Shown here in pieces: positions 12,726 through 29,004 of a stretch of DNA of 64,000 bases. The notes beneath the pieces are model-generated. The model saw nothing but the letters and a program-made list of their open reading frames with translations. It was not told where the DNA came from and did no database searches. Made by a program: the position numbers and the translations under genes. Numbering within the stretch: position 1 is the first letter of the stretch; each line of letters starts with the position of its first letter. The stretch comes from Octopus vulgaris (lineage: Eukaryota). The stretch spans positions 127,224,001 through 127,288,000 of the forward strand of contig OX597817.1 in NCBI GenBank assembly GCA_951406725.2. Direction: 5' to 3'.

Positions 12726-15153
12726 GTATATACAACTCTGCATAACAACCTCAGAAGTCAGCTATCTGCAGTTGTGGATGTGTTCAAATGATATCGCGAC
12801 AAATTTTCATTTGCAGTACTTTATGAACACGCATCGCAACAGTAAACGCAAAGAAAAGCAGCTCTGTCCAAATCGTTTCTTCACCAGAAATAGTAAGTGA
12901 GCGTGAAATATATGTAAAAGATATCAGGCACATTAAAGGTGATGTCCCATCTTGGCATACCCTTCTGACTAAAAGCAACAAAAGAACAAGTAAATTACAT
13001 TTTGAATATATGAGGTATTTCAGCTATACAAAACCTGGACCTACTTAACTAATAACCTAAAGCTCATCGATTCCCCACTTATTGGTTTGGGGGATATTTA
13101 ACCGAACTCATATCTTGATTTTAATCAAAGAACTCCACCGAACTACTGAACTAGATATCTGAAAGTTTCACTAAAACAAACTTCAAGTTGAGTCTCAACT
13201 ATCATATCTGAGAATACCATTCTTTCCGGATAGATGTACATTCCTGAAAACTTTAACCTTACCCTGTCGAATTAACCACACCAATGATTGTTAATTCCCA
13301 ATCTTTTTCGTTCTCGTTCTTTTGTAGGAGAGCAGCTATGTTTACGTTGAGTCTGAAATATTGCAGAATAGTACACAGCACACTCTACAAGCTCGTGCCA
13401 TTATGCTGTATTATCAGGGCAGGAAACTAGTAGTATCCCACATAAGGACCCCGTGTTGATTAAATGATGTTATTTATCTCCCGCTGAAATTAGCAACTTT
13501 ATTGCTGGTACAACCATCGACTTATAAGTAAACAACTGTAGGTTATCTGTAAAGTGTAGTATCACTGGTTTTATTGTATGAATTAATCTGTAAAAGAATG
13601 TTCCACTGGAAGAATATGAATTTGAACCTCACCTGTACATCGAAATTTCAGCTTATATTTTACCTATTGACTGTACATAAATCATCTCATGCAGTTCGAT
13701 TTTAAACGGCACGAGAGCGAACACATATAACTCTTTTGTTTATCTAATGCATATAATATGTCTATGTCAAAAACATTTTGATTGGTGAGGTTCAACGTGA
13801 ACTGCAAAATTTCAAGCACATGTGACTGACAAGCTAAGAGAACTGTGTACAATTATTCCAATGCCATTATACCGAATGTTTGTTATATTGTGACTGCAAA
13901 GATAAAACACCTGTCACTTATCCACCATTTCTTCTGTCCTTGGTGAACATTTCATATAAAAAGATATTTCCTCTTCATATCTTTCTTTATTTGTTCATTT
14001 GATTTTTTTCCTTCTCTTATTTATTTTCTCATATTTTGCTTTTCATACATCAGATGCACTTAATAAATGTACATTTATTTATCTAATGCAGCCTTCGCAA
14101 TTCCATAGAGTTTCTTCTGAATGTTCAGTAGAAGCAATGCAAGAATCTCCGTTCTTGTAATATACCAGCCATCAACTCGTATTGAAAAGTCAGAAACTCT
14201 GGCTCAAGAGAATTAATATTTTCACATCAAATCAATATTGCTTCACACATCGACATCACCGAACGTCTTAATCTCTATCCCCCTAATGTTCATTTAAAAT
14301 GACCTTGTTGTTGTTATGTTGGGCAGAAATTCCATCTTTAAATGTCAATTTATTTCATATTCCTTCTAAGCATTTCTGGTTTTGCTCATGACAAGTATCC
14401 CTGATTGTCATATTCTTTTTGTCAGCTTTTATAAGTACTGACAAACTGGAATAAAGAGAATTTAAAACGAGAGCTTGAGCTAATGTGTTTCTGGCTAAAG
14501 CCCCGCTGAAAGAAATAGCTTTGTCTGTTTCCTGATTATTACAGTGGCAGAATAAAATATCAATTGAACAGCAGGAGATACCTGCGCACTTAACCTTACA
14601 CGCAAACAAATCCACTCGTAAGCACACTCAAATGCTATACCTATATACATAGGTATAGACAAACACAAAAACACACTCACAGAGAGACGGGCATATTTTC
14701 ATAATTAAAAGTATTCTGGTACACATATATACCTAGGTTAATATGTAGTGTATGTGTGTATGTATATGACTGCATGTCTATTTGATGTTTGTAGATACAT
14801 AATATATATATACATAATATAGAATCTTCCGTCGTTTCCAATGGTGAATATTCTGTTCTTCCACATAGAAAAAAAATATCTATAGACAATTTTCAGTCAC
14901 AATCACGACGACACAAGACCTAGCAAAATGAATTTTACTATCACAGATAAAAATCATCTCATCTGCTTCTTCATACATTATTTCTGCATACTTTCATTAA
15001 GAAAGATCCTTTCGATACGCGGTTAAGTTAATAGATATTACAAAAAGCCATAATGCTGCCATATCATTACAAAACTGATTTCTAAATTACATGGTCCTCA
15101 TTTCAACTCTACATTCAACAAAACGACATACATACATACATACATACATACAC

Positions 15154-15258
<105 letters not shown>

Positions 15259-15261
15259 TAT

Positions 15262-15463
15262 AGAATGGTTGTACACTGTCAATTTAACGTGACAGTAGGG
15301 GATTACACCACCGCTGTTTGGCCCTAGGAAGCATCGACGCTTCCTGTCGGCTTCCACACATTTCCTGCGTCCTTAAATGTGTCGAAGCCGATGCTTCCTA
15401 GGGCTAAACAGCAGTGGTGTAATCCCCTACTGTCACGTTAAATTGACAGTATACAACCATTCT
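15262..15463. repeat. ~200-bp foldback (nested inverted repeats) between (TA)n tracts
   Basis: ~75-bp outer arms AGAATGGTTGTACACTGTCAATTTAACG...GGAAGCATCG and its reverse complement. Inner arms TCGGCTTCCACACATTT / AAATGTGTCGAAGCCGA. Confidence 0.9.
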
Positions 15464-15510
15464 CTCGCCCCACCACCGTACATATCTCTATGAGATATTT
15501 AGAAATTTAA

Positions 15511-15561
<51 letters not shown>

Positions 15562-15565
15562 TATA

Positions 15566-15618
<53 letters not shown>

Positions 15619-16009
15619 GACGAATAAATAATGGGCATTTCATATTGCTTTAATATAACAAAATTGATTTACAGCTGTTTCCAGTAGTCATTATAGGTTC
15701 TTTATGCACAGGTGTCCTCTATCGGTGCATTGATCGGTTGAGAAAGGTTGAACGACCTAGGGCATTAATGATACATTCGTCAGAGTCCAGCTTCCTCTTG
15801 TATTGGTATCAGTATCTAAACACAATGATGGTGTTTAGATTAGCGAAAAACCCAGCGTATTCTTAAAAACAGATTACACATGCACATGCGCCCTCTCAAA
15901 CACACACACTTATAATGAATATACTTGTAATATATATGTATGTTTGTGTTTCTGTGTGTTGGCATTTATATATGCATATGTATATGTATATATGCGTGTG
16001 TATACATAT

Positions 16010-16468
<459 letters not shown>

Positions 16469-16502
16469 TTCTATTCATGCTTTTATTTTAAGCTTAGAAG
16501 CC

Positions 16503-16613
16503 GAGTACTTATTATATCGGCCTCTTTTGCCGAACCATTATGTTACGGGGATATAAACACACTGTCATAGGTTGTCAAGTGTTGGTGGGGACAAACACAA
16601 ACACACACACTAA

Positions 16614-16672
<59 letters not shown>

Positions 16673-16859
16673 GTATGCATGCATGTATGTATGTATGTAT
16701 GTATATATGTATATATAGTTGGCTTCTTTCAGTTTCCGTCTACCAAATCCACTCATAGAGGCTATAGAAGACACTTTCCCAAGGTGTCACGCAAAGGGAC
16801 TGGACATGACCATGTGATTGGTAAGCAAGCTTCTTACACCACACCGCCATCCCTGCGCG

Positions 16860-16860
<1 letters not shown>
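16503..16860 (-). mobile_element. SINE family A copy, diverged
   Basis: Same-orientation similarity to the 8354-8770 copy (minus strand). Confidence 0.75.
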
Positions 16861-16904
<44 letters not shown>

Positions 16905-17655
16905 ATATAATACATTTACATATATACATATATATACACATATATACATGCATATCTTTATATATACACACATATTTATAAAATATTATATATATATATA
17001 TTGATAGATGCATGTTCTTCATCCTTCCTGGTTTTCTCTCCCAACCTTCCCTATTACTCTCCTCTCTCCTTCACCGTTCTCTCTGTCTTACTCCTCCTCC
17101 TCCTCCTCCACCTCCTTGACTCTCTTGTCCCTGCAATCTTCACCAAGACCAGACAAGCTTAATCTGTTTCTTTCATAAGCTGTCTACTTAAGCGTTCAGA
17201 ATAATTTTTCCATCGTCTTGACTTGATAGCCCTCATCGTTTGTTTTTACTGTATTATTCTCTTTGTTCTGTCTTTTACTGTTTTTACTTTTATTGTTTTT
17301 ACTATCTTGCTTTGTTCTTACTGTCCTGTTCTTGTTACCACTTTTACCCTCCGCAAAAACTACCAAATTTTATTTAATTTGCTTTGTGGGAAGGACTGTT
17401 TCATCGTAGTCGTGTCTTGTCCTTACCTTTGAATACGGAGAATATGAAACACGAACAACTGAAGAAGGGGAATATTCCTTGTGTTGTATGTCTTGTACTC
17501 TGTGTTTTTCGTTGTTTGAAAAAACGTTCATTTCTACGTTTTTGATTTTATGTTTTCGGTTCTCATTGTGGTCATCGTTTTCTTGATGTCCTGTGCCTAT
17601 ATATGCATATTATTATATGATCGAACGCCACGCATCCTTTTCCAAGTAAGTTTTA

Positions 17656-17755
<100 letters not shown>

Positions 17756-19152
17756 TATATATATATATACATACATGCATACATACATACATACGCACTT
17801 ACGTACATACATACACATGTATAAATACACATGCATTATGTTGGTTTTCAAAAGACAGTCTGAAAAGCCACCGTATGCAAATTGTTTTTTCTCATTTTGT
17901 CAGTCTTCTGGCGTGCTTCAAAATTGTATACTTGAAGTCTACATTTTATTAATAAATATACCATTATCATTTATATACTGGCGTGTGTAGATATATATAT
18001 ATATATATGTATGTGTACATATCTGTGCGTGCATGGGCATATGTATGTGTATATATATATACATATATGTACATGTGAGTGTGTGTGTACTAGTGTGTGT
18101 GTGAATGTGGGTCTTTATCGATGCTGTTAAAGAAGGCACGCACATGAAAGGCCAAACGATTCATAAGGCAAAACACTTCAGACTTTTCAGTGAACTGAAA
18201 TAAAAGCTTAGAAACGTAAAATATAATTAAAGCTAACAAATATCGTACATATGTGTGTGGGTGGTTCGTGCTTGTGTGTGTGTGCCTGTGAGAGAGAGAG
18301 TGTGTTATCGCGCGCGTGTGCGTATGTATGTGTATGTTTGTACGTATAACATTATCTTCAAAACGACGTGCGTGCAATATAGATTCAACATGAAAGCGTT
18401 ATGTTGTCTTTTATTTAGAAAAAGCTGATGAATGAATAAAACCGAAAGTGGGAGAGGGACAGATTGAGGGGGGATGAGATAAATTCGAGTAAGCCATCAT
18501 AAAACTACCATTAAGAGCACACTAATCCAAAGTATGTCATCAGTCGGAGGTTAGTAGATGTTAATAGGTTTACGTACCACATGAGTGCATTATTCATTAA
18601 AAATAAATAAATTTTTCAAAATAAATAGAACCCACTACTTTGATTCCGATAAAAACATCCCGCCTCTAAAAGTTCTATAAGAAGTATGGCAATGATAAAC
18701 ATATATTTAATAACGAGGACACTACAAAGCTTTTTTTTTCATATAACGGTAAACTTTATTATGCTCTTTGTACATTGCCTTTTCTCTAGATACTCTGTGC
18801 ATGCGTATATAAACTCCTGCCAGTGGCGATTAATAAATTTGTAACACACACACACACACACTCACACACATACACAGACACACATATGAATACATATACA
18901 GATATTAATTTTATATGTATACTATGCATATTTATATATAAGACCATATACACACACAAATGTATTTATATATATGAGTGTGCGTGTATGTATGTGTGTA
19001 TATATATATTTATGTATATGGAATTTATATATATGAATATACACATTACTTATATATATATATGTATATATATATATATTCATATAAATATATATATATA
19101 CATATATATACACATACACACACATACACACATAAACACAGACACACACAGA

Positions 19153-19204
<52 letters not shown>

Positions 19205-19759
19205 AAAACACAGCGGCGAAAGAAGAGCGTTATATATATACAGACAGGTAAATCCATTTATAAACAAATAGGAACATAGATGACAAGAATATATCGCCTT
19301 AATATTCATTTGCTTAAAAGCAGTTAAGATACGTAAAAAGCAAATAAACATTTTTTTGTACGAGTAGAATTTTTGTATCTACCGTTACGAGAAGCAATTA
19401 ACTATGGAGTATAGATTAGGAATTTCATTTTATTTCTTTATCATTAGTGAACATTTTGGAACTGAGCATAATGATTCTATATAGAATTTTAGTGACAAGA
19501 TAGAGAAAAAATCTTCAGTAATATATACCATGAAAAGACAAATCAATTTACACTATTGAAAGGAGATATTTATTACTCTGTGTATATATTGTCACACTGT
19601 AAAAAATATATTGCAATATCTAAAAGAAAATGTAACAAACAAAACTGTGATATAGTAGAATGCAATCTAAATTTGAATATTAATAGAAATTCAGTTTAGG
19701 AATTTTTTTTTATTTACCCCAAGAAGACCATGGTCGTTTATCAGAGCCTCTCAGGTTTG

Positions 19760-19797
19760 CTCGGCGCGCTAACGATTCTGCCAGCTCACCGCCTTCT
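19760..19797 (-). mobile_element. head fragment of SINE family C
   Basis: CGGCGCGCTAACGATTCTGCCAGCTCACCGCCTT matches the end of the 53086-53316 copy. Confidence 0.65.
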
Positions 19798-19939
19798 AGC
19801 AGAAAATTAATAGTGAATAAGTGTCATGAAACATTAGTCTCTATGAGCTTTCTAGAATATCAAACACCTAGTTTTACCTGTCCACTGACACAGCCACAAA
19901 GAAACATTTACATAATACATATGCACATTTTTATACATA

Positions 19940-20056
19940 CATGCATATATATATATATATATATATATACATACGTACATATATATATATATATATATAT
20001 TTTATATATTTATATATATACATATATACATATATATATATATACATATATATATG

Positions 20057-20115
<59 letters not shown>

Positions 20116-20204
20116 GTATATATGTATCTATATATATACACACATATATATATATATACATATATACATACATATATATATATATACATTCATATATATA
20201 TATT

Positions 20205-20288
<84 letters not shown>
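19940..20288. repeat. compound TA/TACA microsatellite
   Basis: Directly visible. Confidence 0.95.
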
Positions 20289-20289
<1 letters not shown>

Positions 20290-20831
20290 GCAAGTGGTGT
20301 AGAGAGTTTGCAGCTGGTCGTACTGATATTCATGTCGAAGAAAGAAGCGGGTGAGCATCAATTTTAGAAGAGATAGTTACGAAGGTTGCGCAAATCCTGA
20401 GTGATAACTGGCGTATCATTCTGGATGATCTCCGCATTTTGGCTCCTGAGGTTTCCCGAAGCAGGATTCATATGGGTTTTTTTGTGAAAAGTTGCACTAT
20501 TGGAAGTTTTGCGCAAGATGGTTTCCACAAATGCTCACAGAATACCATAAACGGTAACCCGCCTTATAATCCGGACTTGGCACCCAGTGACTGCTACCTG
20601 TTCTCTAAGCTGGAAAAAGATTTGACAATAATGTGTTTCATCAACAACGATGAGGTGAAAGATGAGGTTCAACACTTCCTCGCCGACATGGTGGTGAGCA
20701 CACAAAATTTGCCTCAGGGCCTACAAAAATGCATCAACTGCAAACTTTAAAATGGTGTAAACATCATTGACAATAAACATTTCTGTGATTTCTCAATATT
20801 TTTGGAGACCTTACTTTTGGGATTGACCTCG
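20289..20831 (+). mobile_element. deleted mariner remnant with right TIR
   Basis: Translates [34 protein letters not shown] and PPYNPDLAPSDCYLFSKL. Ends in TIR-like CTTACTTTTGGGATTGACCTCG. Confidence 0.85.
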
Positions 20832-20843
20832 TGTATATATATA

Positions 20844-20899
<56 letters not shown>

Positions 20900-23800
20900 T
20901 GCGAGTGTGTGTGTGTATGTGTATATGTATGTGTGTGTGTGTGCACATTTGTATATACATATATATGTATGTGTGGTTTTAATCTGGACACTAACCAATG
21001 TGCCTGAAACAATGCAGGTTTGCTCCTGTGTAAGCATTATTGCCAGTATCTATTTAAATCGAAACGAAATATTTACACAATAACCTTATCGAAGATTATC
21101 TGAAACTATTACGGAAAGTACAGTACGTTTTGCTACACACTACTAGAGAAGCAATCAGGAGCTGTTAAATGATACTGTATTTCGGATTACTTGATCCCAA
21201 CGGACATGCATTCGTCACTCCGGGAGTATGCCCCTGATCTATCGACAGACGCCGGAGTTTATAATGAAGAAATAATACATAACTTGGAACAGAGTAGAGG
21301 ATGGATTATATGAGTGAGACGGCACTGCACTATCTCGATCTGATCATGACTTACTTTTACTTGAAAAAGACCGTCTATGCATGAGTCTGTGTGGACTATA
21401 ATTGCTTCCACAAACAAAAGCCTGCAACTTCTAAATCATACATAGTTCATGTATCACCGTATCTTAGAAGTATTATTTGTCGACTAATCCAAAATGTAGC
21501 GCTTGAATCAAAATTGTATATTAAACGAAATATTATTCGTATATTATGTATAAAATAATTAAAGGTCGGATTATTTAGGCGATGCCAAGTGAAAGATTAA
21601 ATTATAAAACCAAGTGACATCTCATTTCGGTAACTGTCATGATGTTTAAAAGTAAAATTGACAATGACACAAATGAGGACATAAATCTAATTTAAGGTCT
21701 CTTATTTTCAAATGACAAGAAAATAATAGAGATAGTATAGGTATGTAAGCAAAATTAGACTATATTTTCACGGAATCTTTAGAGTATAGGAACCATTAGA
21801 GTATTGTTGATGTGATTATCAGTAAATATCATGATTGAATTCAAATTGAGCTATTCCTTAAAAGGATGAAACCTTGCCAAAACTTTTAACACTTTTATTA
21901 CTGGAGTAAAGAAGTTTTAAATCGATTATAACTTCTTATAATAAGAGGCATGTATCGAGAAAAATTATAGTCCGAGGAAGCTACATCTGAACTATAAGCG
22001 GGTGTAGCATCAGTTTGATTCTCTCAACTTAATTGATTTTATACTTGTCATTCGATCAGTACGAGGTGTAGCGTTGTTTAGCTGCCGAAGAGCTCGCTTT
22101 CTGTTAACCAATCCCGGATATTTTTACCGCACAATAACCTACATGTGTTCCAGCTTTTCGGATCACAATTGATACCGATGGTTTGACATTCCGGACCAAA
22201 CTTATTGGGTATTATCCTCTCATAATTCCACTAGATTCAGAACATCACCGTGTGTTGGGAATGTCCATGTTTGCCGACAGGTTCCAGAAGCTGGTCATTG
22301 TTTAGCCCCTGATCATGCGCATTAGAACTGCGGGTAAATATTTCCTTTGAATTATTACTTGTCCCAATCCATGGCTACTTTTCTGCGCTCGTGACGTTTC
22401 CATCTAGCAAGAGCATGTGGAAGATTCGACGAAGGACTTCTTTACATCGAAGGGCAAGAACTGGTTTCAGCGTGTGATCAAAGAATTAGGCAGAGTAGTG
22501 GCTTCAGACAGTAGAACACGATAACCTCTACTTTGAATGATAGGCTGCTTTTGTTGTAATTTGACGAATATAGTGAATAAGTTAAAAATATTGCAAAAAT
22601 ATTGACCCATTACAATATTTACTGCTCTGTTACCCGAAAAGCTCTAATGATGTGATGTTATAGTTTAGCATTTTATAAAAAAATATAAATTGAGAACAGC
22701 GGGGAAAACACTTAATCGACCGTTTCTTAGATTTCTCTTTTCAGAATCGTTTGGACAATGGTACCCCACGTACTTAGATTACCGTAGATACACCGAGTAT
22801 AGATAAAATATATCAATTATGTTAACCCTTACTTAAAACTTCATTGCACACAAGTATTTTTTGCTATTTCTCTGTTTTCAAAGAATAATACCATAATACC
22901 ATGGATCGCATCTTCTGGTTCAATGGATGCTTGCTGGTGGCACATATATAACTGCTGTTTGTTTTGTTTTGTCTTTTGTGTTTTTTGTTTTTGTGGTGCC
23001 ATGTCATCTAAATTAATAGATTTATGATGAAAGACATTTCAGTCTTGACCATTCAGTCTCAGTTTGTACATCAATGTTGATGCTTTTCAAATCTAATTTT
23101 GGTGGGCAGTAGAATGTACTTTGAGAGAATTTGTGTATTATTTCTAATAGACAGAGCGACTCGTATAACATTATCACTATGTGTATAAGATGGTGTGGCT
23201 TAACTAAGGTATTACACGATCAAGCATTCTAGCTGTAACCGTCCGATCAACATATTTTTTGTGAATGGCCATATAACCCAAAGTTTTTTTCGTGATGTAG
23301 AACGACGAGCTATGATCGGAGAGCTTTTGACTGTTATTTGTAGCAGGATGAATAACATATAGAGAGTCATTTACATTTTCATATAGATTTCATTGCGAAT
23401 TAACTAACCTCTACCATTTAATACAGTTTACCTGAATCCTTGAAATTATTGGAAATTTCCCTGTAGGTGTAAAAATTGTGAGCGGCTTGCAATTTGGATC
23501 AATTTTCATACTCTGGAATCTATATCGTTTACAGTGAAATGGGTTTTCTTTCTAGTTTCGTAATAACAAGAATCAGCTCCACTGTTTCGATCACGCCAAC
23601 ACTAATTTAATTAACATGGCTTTCACATTGACACAAATTTGTTCCAGACACTTTCACCAGCAATAAGAGCAACTGCATCATCAGCAACAGAAATAATGAT
23701 AATGATGATGATAACGACGACGATGATGATGATGACAATGATGATGATAATGATGATATAAAATATTTCGAGATACTCAAATGTCAAAGATACATATACA

Positions 23801-26404
23801 TACATATTCGACTTAAAATTTCTGCAGATGAGATTGTGTAATTTGTCGACGTGAACAAAGAGTCAATATGAAAAACAGTTGTCCACAATCTGTACTATCC
23901 TGTTATAACGTACTAGTGTACTAATAACACCATCTCTAGCTGCCTTCAACCCTCTGACTGCACAATACCTAATGTAGCACTACTAAAAACGATATGAGTC
24001 ACAGGAAATCTTTCTTTGCAATTGAATTCCTCAACTATTTCGATGATTGCATTCATCAAATGTATAGCCTCTCTGCATACTACAACAAAGTGAGATATTC
24101 CAGTAACACTATGAAGTTTTAAGGACACTGGGAAGTGTTTATCAACAGCTGTACATTTCCCTTTAGTATGAATTCAAATCGCAGACACTTTAGTTTGAGT
24201 TGATACATTAGATGAGCAGAGGATATATGCTCTGGCTTGTTTCTATTTCATTCAATTGATCATCTGAAACCCATCATATCCTCACTTATTGAGCCGAGCC
24301 ATAAATCCAAAGACAAATATCAGTTTTAATGAAGTTGGATATCCAACTGCTTTTTTGTAAAATTGTTGATTCCACTGTTTTCTTTTCCTCCCACTCCGTG
24401 TTTGTTAACAGTCAATTAATTCAACATGAGAGAATGTTCGACGTATCTGGCTAAATTTCCTTAAAAGAGACTTTTCAATTTTAAAAGGAACAATTCAAAA
24501 TAAGTTATTTCTGGGGAACTAGAGTGTATTGACGATTTATTGTATCGAATACGTTAACTGGTCAAAATTGAACGGAGATCTGCCGAACGTAGATTTGATC
24601 CCTAGAATTTCTGCAATGACTACCATGGAGAGCTCTTCTACGTAAGTAACCCAGATTTGTGCTACGACGAAGAATCGGTGTGGTTCTTCGTCATACTTGG
24701 GTAGAGTTTCTCCCCTATTGGAACTTGGGATTTTATTGCTTTAATTTTGTTCATTATTATTGTTATTTGTTTTTGTTTAATTCCCTATTGTTCTCCGTAC
24801 TACTTTTCTTGCAGTGCTTGTGACTAATATTGATACTGGGGTTTGTATGGAAAACATGTGTATAGCGGGAATTTGAGAGAAATTATGTTCTGGGTAGATT
24901 CAATGGGCAAGTGTTTTTGGTGATGAGACTACACGTGGGCATTGATTGGAGATGAGGAGTGTAAAGCAAGAAATATCTAGTGGATAATCTACGAAGGTGC
25001 GTGGCTTGGTGGTAAAGGTAGATTATGAGAAAATTCTTGTGTGTGCTCTATGAATTGGAATGTGTACGAAAACGATTTCACGACAATCAGTTGGACAGTC
25101 TTCATGGAGGATGTAGTAGATGATGTTTATTTGTGAAGTAGCAGCACCGATTCTGATGCAGGATCTCACTATTATGGAAGATCGCACTAGAGTTTGTGAG
25201 TATTGGGAACCGAAATATTTTTATGGCTTGCGAGGAGATGACCAGACTTTCTGGTGAAGTTACCATTTGCAATGTTGGGTATCTGAGATTGCAAGCTATA
25301 TAATTAAAAAAATACATTTTGGTACATATTATTATGATTACATCGTTTTTACGAAATACTCTAAAGATAAATTTTGTTGATTTCAAGGCTAGGAATATCT
25401 TTTTATGATTCAGTACTCCAGTTAAAATAATATATTCTATTATTCAAGATCAGAATCGTTAAATGATTCACCTTATCTAACAACTTCATTTTACCTAACA
25501 ACTCCTCTGTATCTCCCCTTTTTAAATTTCTTGTTGTATCTTTCACATTTGTGTTTGCCCAGTTAACGGGTATCATTTATTTGAAGCGCTTCTTTTACGC
25601 AATAATTGTCTAGATATGTATTTCCTTCTCGTACTAAATAAAGACGATCGCGTCAATTTACATTCCACATCAATGAATCTTTGCAAATTTTACCGTTGAA
25701 ATTTAATTTATTAAAGAATTCAAAGTTTTCTTTCTTTAATCTTAAGTAAATGAATTAGTGTCTTAGAAGACTAACATTTTATCAATCGAATTTCGAGATT
25801 TTAAAATGTTATCGATGTTTATATGAGAAGACTGCTATAAAAATTAAGTAATAAATAGAATATGACTCAAAGAGGTTGATTTAGGTGAGAGATTAAAACG
25901 TTGCACTTATCGTCACACCAACGAAGCCTGAATCCATTCAAAATAAATTCTCAAATCTTTTCTTTTTCATGTTTTAAGTTTTAAATGTCGTTTATGAATA
26001 ATATTTAATGATGCTGCAAACCTAAACTAAACAAAAACTTGTTTATGAGAAAGAACGTAGTATGTTTGATAGACAAAGAAATATGGTGGATGATGTGAAC
26101 AAAATGAGAAGTATGAGAGTGTGAGGTGCGTGTGTATAAGATCTATTTTCAAAGAACTTATATTTTGCAAAAAATTATAAAATCAGAAAAGGCAATCAAA
26201 GAATTCGCTTCCAATTGATTTAAAAGTAATCGTTTGTAAATCTATCTAATCAATGAACGCATTCTCATGAAACTCTAATTTCACTTCTAATATAGATAAG
26301 TTTAAATAACGAATTTGATTTAATTTCTGGCTTACGCCACGCCGATATATGTGTTTAAAACAATCGGTAATTCTGTGTTCAAAGAATATAGTTGTGAACC
26401 CCAG

Positions 26405-26410
<6 letters not shown>

Positions 26411-26465
<55 letters not shown>

Positions 26466-26471
26466 CATATA

Positions 26472-26530
<59 letters not shown>

Positions 26531-26549
26531 TTAAATTTATATATATTTA

Positions 26550-26581
<32 letters not shown>

Positions 26582-26788
26582 CACATATATATATTTATAT
26601 ATATTTATACATATATATATACATATATATATATATTTATATATATTTATGTGTGTATATATGTATATACATATATATACATATATATATATATATTTAT
26701 ATATATTTATGTGTGTATATATATGTATACATATATATACATATTTATATATACATACATATATATATATATATGTATATATACATAC

Positions 26789-26835
<47 letters not shown>

Positions 26836-26888
26836 CATATATATATATATGTATATATACATACATATATATATATATATATACATAC

Positions 26889-26949
<61 letters not shown>

Positions 26950-26956
26950 CATACAC

Positions 26957-27002
<46 letters not shown>
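26411..27002. repeat. ~590-bp compound TA-rich microsatellite ending in (GT)n
   Basis: Directly visible, with recurring sub-units such as TATATTTATGTGTGTATATAT and ATACATACATAT. Confidence 0.95.
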
Positions 27003-27004
<2 letters not shown>

Positions 27005-27839
27005 CCGCATCTTCCTTCGTTAAACGACATGTGAAAGTTCCTTAATTCCTTGCTGAACAACCGCGCAGATGCTTTGTTTATAGTGATCAAATGTTTGTAT
27101 TTACATTAGCTGACATCTTCCATACAATCAATATTACCTGTACAGTTGCATGAGTGTACCACGCGTCAGATGTCGATATGATTGCAGAGCAGCATGCAAT
27201 CAAACTTTTGATGAACACAACACACAGCCCTGTCCAGGAATCGAAACTTTGATCTTGCTATCATGTGTGCAACACTCTATTGATCTTAGTTTAGAAATTT
27301 TTCGTCACACAATCTGTGACATCTTCAGCGACTCTCTACCCCTGGTATCTTAAATAGAAGGAGTGCCGAGTAAAGAGAATGAGCAAAGTGATTAAATTGC
27401 AGTTTGAGAGGAAAATAGGGTTTCTCTGAGATCAACAGATGAGGTTTCCGTTATTCTATATAGAATTAGGTTGCTTCTGAAAAACTGAATCATTACTAGA
27501 ATATAAATCTTTCTTTATTTACAAGCCAAGAGAATATCTTTATTTAGATGACCATGTACAAAAAAGAAAAAGAAAAAACAAGCATATCTCTATGCTGTAA
27601 TTGTTCTTGAAATGCAAAACTTTTGTATCGTCATAGATGGAAACTTTTTAATCATTCATCTGTTCAATCTGGGCTAAGGAAGGGTAGAGCCTACTCAAAA
27701 GCAAGGAACGTGCCCCATGGAATGCAAATGTTGGCATATTTTTTGTATTTATGACATAGATTGTTCAACTTGCATACATTTGTGGATTATCTCTTCAATT
27801 AAAGCAGCACATCTGTCTCTTCTTTTCTGCAGGCATATA

Positions 27840-28245
27840 ATGATTTCCAACAAGAATCAACGAACTCTCAGGGAGATTTTAATAGAACACAGGTGCGGGT
27901 TGTCTCCCATCCACAAACGGCTACATATTCTTCATAGAAAGTGCACCACACATTACAGCAAGTAATTAGATGGATAAACAAGTTTACAGAGGAGGGTACC
28001 AGCATTAAAAAACAAACCAAGTAGCGGGAGTCTATCTACTGCGACTACTCATATTAATCATCAGCAACCGGACGAATTGATTTGCGCGAGCAGACGAGTG
28101 AAGATCTGTGAGCTTGCTACACCACTGGACTGTGGTCACACTGCATTACAAGTGATAGTCTTTAGATATAGGAAAATGTGTACAAAGTGGTTACCTTGGA
28201 AGTTCACATCCGATTTGAAAGAGAGACGTGTGGGAGGCTGTTACA
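27840..28245 (+). pseudogene. decayed mariner transposase N-terminal (HTH) fragment
   Basis: NQRTLREIL..IHKRL, ELICASRRVKICELA and YRKMCTKWLPWKFTSDLKERR, the last a variant of the WVPxxL motif. Confidence 0.65.
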
Positions 28246-29004
28246 TGAAGGAATATTTATTAATACTAATGGCACTAAATTCAAAGCCAGGAAAGGCATT
28301 TTTCTCATGTGGACATTTAACACAGTTATGTCCTTTATCTGTACGTTTCCATATTATCCAGGTTATTAGTAATATAATTCATATAGGTCGACATTCCACT
28401 GTTTCTGTAATTCCACAAACCTCAAGGAAAATCGATTATAAAATATCTCTTGAGCGAGAAAGGAAATCCCAATTCGCAGCCATAATTTCAGTTCAATTAT
28501 AGCGGCCATCATAATATCTGTAATCGCTTTTATAATTTCTATAATTATCGCATATACACAGTTGCTTAAAATTAGCCAGTAAATCATTTCGTTTTTTTTT
28601 TTACTATTTATTAGTAATTTTATTATATTAAAGCACAATTTTATATTGTAATTGTATTTAAATTGGTTTTGGACATTGTCAAAAGACAATGAATGTAGTA
28701 AAATTGCTATAATAAAGTTGACTTCAGCATTTAAGATGAAATGCAAAACCAAGCTAAATTCAAGACGTAAAGAAATGTATCTTATTATCTTATTAATACA
28801 TATGAACGTTGGAAAAGTTGCTTTTTTGCTACCGTTTCTAATACTATATGAAATATTTCATTCCGACAACTAAGTGTTATCTCTAATACCATATTTTCTT
28901 CATTATTCTACTGAAATACAGTGCAATTCTATAAAATTGAAGTACAAAAGATCGGTACTTAAATGCTAAAATAGAATGTCACGAAGAATGAAATAAAAAC
29001 GTGT

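Noticed and set aside
17440-17482. GAAAC...CTGAAGAAGGGGAATATTCC, a possible permuted hammerhead
   Set aside because: Too little sequence between GAAAC and CTGAAGA to form stems III and I, and no downstream GAAA.
22060-23360. Several faintly similar old repeat fragments (also near 51.9 kb)
   Set aside because: Too diverged to delimit or classify by eye.
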